A DNA stretch of 45,707 nt from Macrostomum lignano (taxonomy: Eukaryota). Below are positions 28,894 through 40,400 of the stretch, one piece after another (positions within the stretch are counted from its first letter, which is position 1; each line of letters opens with the position of its first letter). The position numbers and the translations under genes were made by a program. Location: NCBI GenBank assembly GCA_002269645.1, contig NIVC01004445.1, positions 1 to 45,707 of the forward strand. Reading direction: 5' to 3'. The notes beneath the pieces were generated by a model, which worked only from the letters and a program-made list of their open reading frames with translations, was not told the DNA's origin and ran no database searches.

Positions 28894-31016
28894 TCAAGTC
28901 AGCATGAGAATCTCCAGCTGCTTAAAGCTGTAGTACCAGCCGTCTGTAACGTTGCTTGGAGCATTACTAGCCCACACGATGCCCTTGGCCCTGTCTGCAG
29001 CTGATACATTCAGCGCGTATGGGTAGTTGAAGTACCGACCGAAAGGTCCACTACAGTGGCAGCACTTGTGCCAGTGAGGCAAGAAGACAACGGCACAATT
29101 AGCCGCGCAGTCACTCCATCCGCGGTCTCGGGTCATAAACTGCATATTAAAAGGGCCAAAAAGGCAGTTTCCAAGACCTGCACCAGGCACAAAGGTGTAA
29201 GCAGACAGCGTGTAGTTTGTACTTTCAGCCAGAATGTGAATGTTATCGTAGTAGGCGTAAATGTAAGTGTCGTCCCAGTACAGCAGGTCAACGCGGAACC
29301 GGTTGTTACTGGGCTGAGCGCTGGTCCTGGTGTGCAGCCACTCCAGGCCTGGCAAAGTAAATAATGTGCTACATGCTGGATTGCATTTGCTGGCTGAATA
29401 AGCTCACGCCAAAAAAGACACATCGTAAGAAAAGTCCAAATTAAGAAAGACACATTGCAAACAAGTTCACGTCGCTAAAGGCACTTCGTCAAAGACATCC
29501 AAGACGCATCGTCAAAGACACATCGGCAAAGACACACACAGGCAAAGACACATAATCCAAGACACATCGTCAAAGACACATCGGCAAAGACACACACAGG
29601 CAAAGACACATAATCCAAGACGCATCGTCAAAGACACATAGGCAAAGACACACACAGGCAAAGACACATAGGCAAAGACACACACAGGCAAAGACACATA
29701 ATCCAAGACACATCGTCAAAGACACATCGGCAAAGACACACACAGGCAAAGACACATAATCCAAGACGCATCGTCAAAGACACATAGGCAAAGACACACA
29801 CAGGCAAAGACACATAGGCAAAGACACACACAGGCAAAGACACATAATCCAAGACGCATCGTCAAAGACACATTGTCAATCAAGTCCACATCGGCAAAGG
29901 CAGAGCTAGCATTTTACTAGCTCGAAGCTTCAAAAGCATGAAATTTCACATCATTGAACAGTCTTGACATTCATGCACTCCCGCCAGCTAAAAACTTGAA
30001 GTTGGATACTTTTTGAGCTTGAAAAAATATTAAACTTGTGAAACATTTAGTGTGACTAACCAACAAAGTAGTTGTCGTGATAAGTCCCGAAGCCGGCCTT
30101 GTAGTCGGCCCAGAGCCGGTCGAAGCTCAAAGCGTCCGACACTCGAAGATTGACCGTCTCGAAGCACTGCTGGGTTAGGACCGTGTAGAACTCCTGCATG
30201 AGTTTACAGTGGACGAGTATAACTCTAAGTTCTAACTATAATGTAAATTATGTGCGAAAATACATACAGAATCCTCTGTAAAATAACGTTGCTCACATAG
30301 ACGGCAAACTCAGGGCTGCCTGGTGGCTGCCCGAACCAGCGGCACAGCGGATAGTCGTTGAGCAGTGAGCAGTTGCTGGAGTTGAACAGGATTCCGCGAC
30401 ACGTCGACGGCGTAGCGCTGCACTTGGCAACGCAGCCAATGAGCGTCGAGACAGTCGGCTCTGGCACCAGACGGGTGGCGAAGATCTTCGCCGAGTTATT
30501 GGGAATGTACACTCGCTTTCGAGTCACGCTTCGAGCCGCAAGGTATTCTGACAAAAAAAATAACAGAACGCGTCACAAAAGTTAAGCAATGTCTTTGAGG
30601 CTAGTTTCAAATGTAGCGCTTCCACCCTGCGCGCTTAGGATACTGAGTACTTATATGAGACCGCACGCTTACTAAGCATTCTTTGTCCCCAATGTCTCAC
30701 CAGTGTGAAAACTGAGCAGTCTGTCATTGAAGACCAGAGCTGACTGTCCACCGCAGGACGCCTTCCAGCCAAGTAGCACCGTCTCCGCGGTGAACAGCTG
30801 GCAGACGCGGGCAGCAGTGAAGATCAGCGCTGCACACCATGACTGCTTGGTGCAGAGCATTGCGCACTGCTGCTTGTTGTCAGACTGCTGCACAGTGAGT
30901 TGCGCGGAGCTGGGGTCAGATGGACACCCAGCTAAACTGGTCAGCTTGAACTGACAGCCCACGGCTCCTGTTGACTGCCAAGTTGTCAGGCACAGCAGCA
31001 TGAAAATCAACAACAT
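28894..31016 (-). CDS. Secreted protein: signal peptide + two PAN/apple domains + fibrinogen C-terminal (FReD) domain; predicted 384 aa
   Basis: Exons 31016-30701, 30547-30297, 30193-30061 and 29348-28894 (TGA), all GT-AG, 1155 nt, in frame. Signal MLLIFMLLCLTTWQSTGA; PAN motifs QQCAMLCTKQSWCAALIF...CQLF and IGCVAKCSATPSTCRGILFNSSNCSLL; FReD motifs SFDRLWADYKAGFG..NYFVGLEWLH, FRVDL, QFMTRDRG..DCAANCA, GIVW, KQLEIL. Confidence 0.9.
29465..29885. repeat. Intronic compound repeat built from CAAAGACACA subunits
   Basis: Direct inspection; lies in the last intron of the PAN-FReD gene. Confidence 0.92.
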
Positions 31017-31549
31017 TATTCACCTGGGGAGCTAGACTTAACTGGGAAGGAATAAATGATGAAGACTTCGCGTATGGCGACGTGAAAGCGACTGTTTTGA
31101 AGCAGGTGGGATCCTCCTATTATATGGATGCAGTGAAAGAAACTTAACAGTAATTGGCTGGAAGCCACTTGCAGTGACGTTTTTTTGCGAGCTACCAGCC
31201 TAGTGTGTATTGCATTATTGCATTATTGATCCATTTGAGTTGCATTCCAGGCAGGAAAGAAGGCCCATTTCTTTGTGACAATTAGAACACTTTTTGGAGT
31301 ATTGCTAGTAGAAACGGCTACATTTTTCTTTCAAATGTCTCATGTACTCGTACATGAGTGGATACTCCATGTGAACTGACTGGCGGTTTTCATCTCAACT
31401 GTGGGTGATGCAATTTGCGTCCCAAGGAGGACCCATGAGCTCAGGCTCATGAACTGATTATGGGGTGGCAACTTTAACATTTGTCGGGATACGCTATGAG
31501 CGGAGCAGTCTTGTACCAGATTATTGGCTTTAATTATATAGCTAATGAG

Positions 31550-31856
31550 GGAGCCATTATTTCCCATTCCACCGACTCCCCTTAGCAGGCACACAAGCGC
31601 GCGGATACGTACGCAGTCATACGCACAGGCACACACTCACACAGGAGTGTACAGCGGCTCTAACTTTATTTATCGTTAGGCATGTACACTTCACTGTGCC
31701 TTGGGGGTTGGCCTTCAATTCGGGTGTTAATTGAATCGAGAAAAGCCAAGCAGAAATTCTAATTTAGCCTCAAATTAATTTTGGCTGCATTTGGAATCGA
31801 GCCTGGACCGCTGGAACATAGGAGCGCTGCGCATTAGACCACTGGGCTACGGCCCC
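31550..31856 (-). mobile_element. Second, more diverged or 3'-truncated copy of the tRNA-derived SINE
   Basis: Head GGGGCCGTAGCCCAGTGG; A-box at 31839-31849, B-box GGCTCGATTCC at 31793-31803; near-identical central block (GCAGGCACACAAGCGCGCGGATACGTACGCAGTCATACGCACAGGCAC...TTTATTTATCGTTAGGCATG) shared with 17512-17881. Confidence 0.88.
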
Positions 31857-31880
31857 GACATGCGTTAACAGGCGTTAACG

Positions 31881-32521
31881 GGCTTTAGCACCAGGGCTTT
31901 AGCACCAGGGGCTTTAGCACCAGGGGCTTTAGCACCAGGGGCTTTAGCACCAGGGGCTTTAGCACCAGGGGCTTTAGCACCAGGGGCTTTAGCACCAGGG
32001 GCTTTAGCACCAGGGGCTTTAGCACCAGGGGCTTTAGCACCAGGGGCTTTAGCACCAGGGGCTTTAGCACCAGGGGCTTTAGCACCAGGGGCTTTAGCAC
32101 CAGGGGCTTTAGCACCAGGGGCTTTAGCACCAGGGGCTTTAGCACCAGGGGCTTTAGCACCAGGGGCTTTAGCACCAGGGGCTTTAGCACCAGGGGCTTT
32201 AGCACCAGGGGCTTTAGCACCAGGGGCTTTAGCACCAGGGGCTTTAGCACCAGGGGCTTTAGCACCAGGGGCTTTAGCACCAGGGGCTTTAGCACCAGGG
32301 GCTTTAGCACCAGGGGCTTTAGCACCAGGGGCTTTAGCACCAGGGGCTTTAGCACCAGGGGCTTTAGCACCAGGGGCTTTAGCACCAGGGGCTTTAGCAC
32401 CAGGGGCTTTAGCACCAGGGGCTTTAGCACCAGGGGCTTTAGCACCAGGGGCTTTAGCACCAGGGGCTTTAGCACCAGGGGCTTTAGCACCAGGGGCTTT
32501 AGCACCAGGGGATTTAGCACC
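31881..32521. repeat. Near-perfect 15-bp tandem array (GGGGCTTTAGCACCA) x ~42
   Basis: Direct inspection; only the terminal units vary. Explains the LKPLV ORF. Confidence 0.97.
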
Positions 32522-32991
32522 AGAGATTAAATATAGATTTTATTCAGCTTAAATAGATCCAACTAGGTAAAGAGTTAATAATTTGCATACTTAACTACTA
32601 AGAGTAGAAAAGCAGGATCTGGCACTGAATTCAAACAACATTCTCGCGATAATTCTGAATCTATTTGAAGAATTTGTTTTAGTTTGAAGTGGCACTTCGT
32701 GGGAAAGCTTGGCTAAAATCAATTAAGTGAAGCCTTTTGTTCCAAAGCTGCTTTGAAGCGGGAAATGTCTGTGTGTGAGCAAAGTGTTCAAAGTGTTAAG
32801 ATTGCCAGGTGTTAAAAAGCTGTTAAACTGCATTCACTTTAGCTTTGACAAGATCAGGACGGCTCTGCCAGAGTGCACATCAAATCCAAGTTTGTTTGCA
32901 GTCAAAAAGGCGAAATCGTTGGTCTTCGAGTTGTAGGCTCGACAAATAAAGGAATTGATCTTTTTTCTAAAAGCTCCTTACCTTCGGCTTT

Positions 32992-33293
32992 GCATCTCAG
33001 CAACTCCCTCTTTGAGCCCATGGCATCTCAGCAACCCTCCATTGAGTCATAGCATCTCAGCAACCCCCCATTGAGTCATGGCATCTCAGCAACTCCCCAT
33101 TGAGCCATGGAATCTCAGCAACTCCCCATTGAGCCATGGAATCTCAGCAACCCCCCCCATTGAGTCATTGCATCTCAGCAACCCCCCATTGAGCCATGGC
33201 ATCTCAGCAACCCCCCATTGAGCCATGGCATCTCAGCAACCCCCCATTGAGCCATGGCATCTCAGCAACCCCCCCATTGAGCCATGGCATCTA
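32992..33293. repeat. ~29-bp minisatellite (GCATCTCAGCAACCCCCCATTGAGCCATG)n
   Basis: About 10 units. Confidence 0.92.
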
Positions 33294-33660
33294 AGAAACT
33301 CTTAAAAAGTTAGCAATTAAGTATGGTTGACGCATCGTTTTGTTAACGTTATTTAAAACATACGGAAGCCTATATGATATAATTATTTTCCAAGAAAATA
33401 AGTTGTAAACTTTTAACCGATTTATTCTAAAATTACAAAAAGTGCCTATCATTTAGCGAATGAATTCTGTAGCTAAACCGTATTTGCCTTCAAGCTCAAT
33501 ATGTAGAAAGTTTAAAAGCTTTTCTTAGGAAGAATTTTTCAAGTCAGCAAGCGGCCATGAGACTCGTTGCACGCTTCAGCAAGTCACGCCCGCGGGCAAA
33601 AGAGGCAGTTTTACTCGAATACCGAATACTTAGTCACTCAACTGAGCTCTCTTCCTCTTC

Positions 33661-33724
33661 GTATCTATCTATCTATCTATCTATCTATCTACCTATCTAT
33701 CTACCTATCGATCTATCTTTCTAC

Positions 33725-33769
<45 letters not shown>

Positions 33770-33972
33770 CATCTATCTATCTATCTTTCTATCTATCTAT
33801 CTATCTATCTATCCATCTATCTATCTATCTTTCTGTCTGTCTATCTATCTATCCATCCATCTATCCATCTATCTTTCTGTCTATCTATCTATCTATCCAT
33901 CTATCTATCTATCCATCTATCTATCTATCTATCTATCTATTTATCTATCTATCTATCCAACTATCTATGTAT
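33661..33972. repeat. (TCTA/TCCA)n microsatellite
   Basis: Direct inspection. Confidence 0.95.
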
Positions 33973-34689
33973 CTAGTCATATCTTCTCAACAAATATTTA
34001 ATCTTTCTGCACGAATCCACATTCAGTTTCCACTTCAGTGACTGTATTCATTGGCTTGAGTTCCCACAAAAGATTTATTCTCTGTCTTCAACTCTCGGTG
34101 GAACTTCTCACATTTCTTTTACTTTCCTTCTGAGCTATTTTTTTCAAATATTGCTCACTGCCTTCAGCAATAGCTCCTCAGCAATAATTGGTTAGCTACT
34201 TCTTGACTGAAGTTGGAGCCCATGCGCCAAGTGACTCACATAGAGTGCAAAGAAAGGCAGATCGATCCAATCCAATCAGACTCTCCGCCTCGCACGCTGA
34301 GCTGCCCCGGCTTCATCTGAAAGAGCTCAAGACAGTTCCTTCAATAGTCTCTGCCCCCGTCCCCTGTCTGTCCATCCGAGATCTCAAATTTTCGCTCGAA
34401 CTGTCTTCTAAAAATCCTCTATGTTTGCCTTCACCGAAAATTCTTTATTTACTGTGCCAATCCTGACTGGGAAGCTATTGACTTTTAAAGCAGTCATTCT
34501 GCGCTGTTTTTTTATTGAGATCGAATTTCGGTAATTACCTTCTAGACTGGATAGATAATGTGTTCTATTTTCTGTCACGTTTAATCGGGTTAGGAAGAAA
34601 ACATGATTACATGAACACTGGTTTGGAATTATTTCTAAGCAAGAAATTGTCAGAAAAAGGCGAGGAGGGTGGGGAGGAAGGAGAGAGAA

Positions 34690-35792
34690 GAGGGAGAGTG
34701 CTGGAGGAGAGGGAGAGGGCAGGAGGAGAGGGAGAGTGCAGGAGGAGAGGGAGAGTGCAGGAGGAGAGGGAGAGGGCAGGAGGAGAGGGAGAGGGCAGGA
34801 GGAGAGGGAGAGTGCAGGAGGAGAGGGAGAGGGCAGGAGGAGAGGGAGAGGGCAGGAGGAGAGGGAGAGTACAGGAGGAGAGGGAGAGTGCAGGAGGAGA
34901 GGGAGAGGGCAGGAGAAGAGGGAGAGTGCAGGAGGAGAGGGAGAGGGCAGGAGGAGAGGGAGAGGGCAGGAGAAGAGGGAGAGTGCAGGAGGAGAGGGAG
35001 AGGGCAGGAGGAGAGGGAGAGGGCAGGAGAAGAGGGAGAGTGCAGGAGGAGAGGGAGAGTGCAGGAGAAGAGGGAGAGTGCAGGAGGAGAGGGAGAGGGC
35101 AGGAGAAGAGGGAGAGTACAGGAGGAGAGGGAGAGGTCAGGAGAAGAGGGAGAGGGCAGGAGGAGAGGGAGAGTACAGGAGGAGAGGGAGAGTGCAGAAG
35201 TGAGGGAGAGGGCAGGAGAAGAGGGAGAGTGCAGGAGGAGAGGGAGAGGGCAGGAGGAGAGGGAGAGGGCAGGAGAAGAGGGAGAGTGCAGGAGGAGAGG
35301 GAGAGGGCAGGAGAAGAGGGAGAGTGCAGGAGGAGAGGGAGAGTGCAGGAGAAGAGGGAGAGGGCAGGAGGAGAGGGAGAGGTCAGGAGAAGAGGGAGAG
35401 TGCAGGAGGAGAGGGAGAGGTCAGGAGAAGAGGGAGAGTGCAGGAGGAGAGGGAGAGTGCAGGAGAAGAGGGAGAGTGCAGGAGGAGAGGGAGAGTGCAG
35501 GAGAAGAGGGATAGTGCAGGAGGAGAGGGAGAGTGCAGGAGAAGAGGGAGAGTGCAGGAGAAGAGGGAGAGTACAGGAGGAGAGGGAGAGTGCAGGAGAA
35601 GAGGGAGAGTGCAGGAGGAGAGGGAGAGGGCAGGAGGAGAGGGAGAGGGCAGGAGAAGAGGGAGAGTGCAGGAGGAGAGGGAGAGTGCAGGAGAAGAGGG
35701 AGAGTGCAGGAGGAGAGGGAGAGGGCAGGAGGAGAGGGAGAGGGCAGGAGAAGAGGGAGAGTGCAGGAAGAGAGGGAGAGGGCAGGAGGAGA
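34690..35792. repeat. Purine-rich ~18/19-bp minisatellite (GCAGGAGGAGAGGGAGAG[G/T])n
   Basis: Direct inspection; explains the RRRGRVQEERE ORFs. Confidence 0.95.
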
Positions 35793-37737
35793 CAGATACT
35801 CATGTAGAAAGTGTGGGGAAGAGAAGTCTAAACAGAGAGCCGAAGAGTGGGAGCTGCAAGACAAGTCAGAGACAGGCAGGGGGTTCCGGCACAAGGCATG
35901 ATGATTAGCTGCATCATCGATTAGCGGAACTCAAATCGAGGGCCAAAATTCGATGGGTGCTCAGTGCGAGTATAGAAAATCAATAATTTTTATTTAAAAC
36001 ACAACCCATACTTTACCAAGTACCGAAATGCCATATGGAGTTTCCCAAAGGAGAAGAAAATGATGAACAAGTTTCCAGGTCCCCTGTCGGAGTTATAAAT
36101 CATTTTCAAAAGAAAAACAGAAAAAACACCCAGCAACTGAGCGGAGCTGAGAGTCCGGAGACATGCGATCACAGTTTTCTTATCGAGCTGTGAGATCGCT
36201 TTTTCCCAGAAAAGAGGATCGAGCTGGAGTCTCGTCGAATGAGCGAGTGCGAGCGAGTGAGTTCCTTTGCTACAGCTTTGCACCCTCGGGGGAAATGTTT
36301 GGCCCAGCTGAATAAGTGGTAGAAGAGCGGCGCTTTTAGTCAATATAGCCGCTCTTCAAGCCCCGATAGCTACTCGTACATAAAACGAAGTGCACGCATT
36401 GGGGATTAGCTTCCTTTTATATACGAGCAAAATTTTAATCCATGACTAGTAAACTCTTGGCGTTGTTTGCAGCTCAAGAATTCGAAAATTGCTCTATAGT
36501 TTCTCGGATACAAATTGAGATCAAAAGTACATCTACACTCGCCGATTCTGTCAAGTTCGCCTCGAGGCCAATGTTTTTGCGCTGCAAAATGCATTAGCAA
36601 AATTGAGAGCGTTCAGTTTTTTTACCAGGCCCTGAATTTAGAAAATCTCAACTTTTGGAATTCCGAATGGCGGACAGAATGAGCATACGCATTGTCCGAA
36701 ATGCACGGTTTTGAACGAGTATCGGTCGCTGAATGAGGTTCCGCCATAGACCAATTTCGGCTGGGAAGAATCTGTGCTAGAAACGAAAGAAGATGACATT
36801 TCGACGCAAATTTTAAGTGCACCCTGGAAACGAAAGAAATATTTTTTTCGCATGTAATTTTCCGCTTTGAAAGTGCGTTCCATTTTCCATAAGACTCGTC
36901 GTTGGTAGCCAAGCCTGTTCGCTAATCCGAGGCCAAGACACAATGGCTAAAGATTTTCCGTGATCAGTCAAATTGAACTGCCTGATATTCTTCACACAGA
37001 CGCTTCTCGCTTGTCGAATTCCTGTTTGTAGAAAGAGAAGAAAAAAGTAAGGGGACTAACCCGCATGTAGATCGAGAAGGAAGGTCAGAAGAGAGTGAAA
37101 GCAAACACCACAGCAACTGCTAGGTATTGATCGAACAAGGGGGGGGAGAGAAAAAAGCAGAGAATGCTTTGCGCTTTCGAGTCAGCTTTACAGGCAGTCG
37201 TATGGCTGCCTGCCAAGCAAGTGCCCGCTCTTTTTTCTCAGCATTTTCCCCCAAGAAAAGTTCCGTCAGTCATTTTGCTCTTGGCTCAAGTGCGTCCATT
37301 GTTATCAACAAATCATTAAGTATTGGATTTTGAGAATGATTTTCTTGACTTGATCACTCCTTCTCACAGTTGTGCAAGCCTTGGACCATAGACACGCAAT
37401 AGCTGATTTCATTGGAAAAACATGAATATGACGACGAATAAGCAGTCATAAAAGCTTTACTACAGGTCAAGATTTACCGGATGATAAGCAATGGAAAAGT
37501 ACGACCTAATTTTGGTTGCCATCGAGAGAGGTGACAGTGCTCATCAGATTGTGCGATGGCTGTGTGTAAAGAGAAAAGCTTTGAAATCTGTTGTCTGTTT
37601 GACTGTTTCGATTCGTTTTTTCATAACAATTTCATAAAGATGCTTATTAGGAAGGCCAAGCTTACACTCAGAGTCAGCAGGTCATTCCATGGCTGTTCCA
37701 AAGCAACATTATATATAGGCGACTGGCTAATACTTTT

Positions 37738-37743
37738 TTTATT
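37738..37743 (-). terminator. Candidate polyadenylation signal (AATAAA) of the LRR gene
   Basis: TTTATT on the + strand, about 210 nt past the stop at 37954. Confidence 0.3.
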
Positions 37744-37953
37744 CAACAAGAGCTTCAATTTAAAAAACCGCCATTCATTGGATTTGTACATAAAAAATCC
37801 TTTCAGTTAACTGCTTGCTGTGTATATTTCTGAGGTCCGTCTTAGCAGGATCAGAGACTTTCGAACTGGTAAAATGGTTAAATATTGATGAGAGGTACAG
37901 GAGGAAGAAGAGCTACATGATGCAGTTAAAAAACCTAGGAGCACAGTTAGTAG

Positions 37954-40400
37954 TCACACTTCGATAATACATTTCGACGTCGCACTGAATCGGTCACGTC
38001 TAGATCGAGCCGAAGCTGCTGCGGTTGTCGATGTTGGCGAAGCTAGCTGCTGCCGCTGCTGCACCAGCACGGAGCCCGTGCTGCTCCCGACGTCTCTCTC
38101 TCCGTCGTCGTCTTCGCCGGCGCTGTCACTTTCGTCGCCGCCGCGGCACAGCGCCGCGTACACGATAGCAGCAATCAACAGGATAAACAAGGACGCGGCG
38201 ACAGCAATGACGGCTGGAATCCGGCTAAACTGTGACTCGCAGCTGGCCAGCTGAAGGTCCAGCACTGGCCGGTTGCGCAGAGCGCTGGGTGAGGCGCAGC
38301 GCAGTTGACGCGAGTGCAGCCCGACCACGGACACGTTGGTTGCCAGGGCCCAACGCCAGAAGTGACGCAGTCGGCCGCAGTCGCAGCGCAACGGATTGCC
38401 AACCAGGTCGATTCTGCGCAGGCCGAACAGCGAGCGCATGGCGTCAGCGCTGACACTGGAGATTCGCGCCGACCGGATCGACACGTCGCGCAGGTGGCTG
38501 GCTGAACGGAAGGCGTCGCTGTCGATGTCTCTGATCGGATTGTAGTCAAGCGCCAGACGTCGTAGAGAACTCGGAAAGACAACGCCGGGCCCGGGCGGCT
38601 GGCGGATGTTGCAGCGGCTGAGCTCAAGCTCTTCAAGCTCGTTGAACTCGCGGAACAGGCCCCAGTTGTTGTTTTTTAGGTAGGCAAAGATTTCGTAGCG
38701 GTTGAGCTTGAAGACGCGCAGAGAGCTGGCTAGCCTATCCAGGCTGGACTTGAACAGCGCAAGAGTTCGCGCCTCCATGGGGTTGTCGCTCAGGTCCAGC
38801 AGCTGCACATTTGTGCTGTGTAGGAATGCCTGCGTATCGATAGTACTGATGTTGTTCACGCCGACGTGTAGTTTGCTGAGGCCAGCGGAGCCGTAGTCAG
38901 CGAGTATCTGCAGTCGGTTGCCCGTCATGTCCAGCTCTTCCAGCTCCCTGGCTCCCAGGTCCAGTGGCTCAATCTGAGGAAATCCATTCCAGCTGAGGTT
39001 GAGAAAGCGCAGATGCGGACAGTCCCGGTCAGGTTGTCCGGAATCTGGCTGATCCGGTTGCGACTGAGGTCGAGTCGCAGCAGTTTCGGCGAGGCGGCAA
39101 AAATGCCAGCCAGATGCTCGCGCCGCAGCTCGTTGCCGCCGAGGAGCAGCTCAGTGAGGCCCGAAATTTGCTGCCGAGTTGGTCGGAAATCCTTCAGGCC
39201 GTTGTCTCGAAGATCCAGCGACTGGAGGCTGGCGAAGCGAGTAAACACTGATGGGTGAAGATTGTGCAGCGAGTTTCGGCCTAAACTGAGCCAACGGAGA
39301 TTCGCCGGCAGGCGGGTTGGGTCAACGAAAATTGTTAAAAGATTGTGCGACAGATCGAGCCGCATCAGGTTGTTGAGATCGGATAAGTTTGGTATTTCGG
39401 TTAGACGATTGTCGGACAGATCCAGCTCAGACAGTCGCGTCAGACTGTTTAGAGCGCCATTCTCCACGGTTGCTATGGCGTTGCTAGCTAGGCTGAGGCG
39501 TCTCAGGCTGTGCAGGCGGAGGTCGCGGCCTCGGAATGCGTAGGCGGGCAGGCGGGCCAGTCCAAGCCTTCGCAGACGCAGTTCGTCAAGATCACAGTCG
39601 GCACTGACAGACCTAAGCAGTGGTTTGAGCGCCCCGCTACCCGTGTAGGACAGAGCCGGGTTGCCGGATAGGTCTAGCAGGGCCGGACAGCTCGCCACGG
39701 GCCAGCGAAATCTGCTGTCCACCGACTCTAGCAGATTGTGCGATAGATCTAAACGAGTGTCGCGATTCAACTGACGAGCCGTCATCACGGGCGGTCTTTC
39801 TAAGGCGTCGGTTGATGACCCTGCGGAGGTCTGAGACTGAGAAGTTACCGAGCGCAACCGATTGTGCGACAAGTTCGCCTCGAACCAGACTGGTAAATTA
39901 TCGAGCAAGTCAAACGGCAGCACGCTCAGCATGTTGTGACTCAAATCGATGATTCGCAGATTAACGCAACTGCTTAGATCTTTGGCGTCCAGGTTCTGCA
40001 GTCGGTTGTGCGATAGTCTCAGTTCAACAAGATTAGGCAACGCGGTGAATAAATTCTTGTTGAGCTTGGTGATTGCGTTCTTCGATGCGGACAGAACACG
40101 CAGATGAGGAGCGGACGCGGCAATGCTGACTGGCAAGTCTGCTAATCGGTTGTCGTCCAGATTCAGCTCAAGCGTGGCAGGGTCCAGCAGGTCGCAGGGC
40201 ACCTCCGTGAGACCTTTTCCGCTGCAGGTAACTGACAGAACCGCTGTGCTTGGCGCCACCGCGGGGTGGGGCAGCTCGCACCAGCACCTGCTCGGGCAGC
40301 GGTAGCCCAGGTCGCCCGCCGCGATGACATCCGCCAGCCGAAGCGATGACGCTTCGTAAAGCTGCAGCAGGTGGACCAGCAGCTGCAGCAGGGCTGGCAT
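37954..40400 (-). CDS. Intronless LRR type-I membrane receptor (SP-LRRNT-~20 LRR-LRRCT-TM-short tail, no TIR); one 1-nt frameshift at 39024-39026
   Basis: ORFs 38925-40400 and 37954-38928 join into one 815-aa protein if a G is restored (ACC GGG GAC gives IPDNLTGDCPHLRFLNLSWN, restoring LRR spacing). LRRNT CPSRCWC...VTCSGKGLTEVP; LRRCT NPLRCDC...LRCASPSALRNRPVLDLQLASC; TM IPAVIAVAASLFILLIAAIVYAALC. Could be a pseudogene or an assembly error. Confidence 0.88.

Noticed and set aside
31885-35908. LKPLV (211 aa), IYLS and RRRGRVQEERE (430 aa) ORFs
   Set aside because: Pure tandem-repeat translations with no unique domain.
35900-37000. Possible non-autonomous DNA transposon in unique sequence
   Set aside because: I could not find convincing terminal inverted repeats, a TSD or transposase motifs by eye.
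37957-37971. C-terminal CIIEV as a CaaX prenylation motif
   Set aside because: The Cys is five residues from the end, not four.
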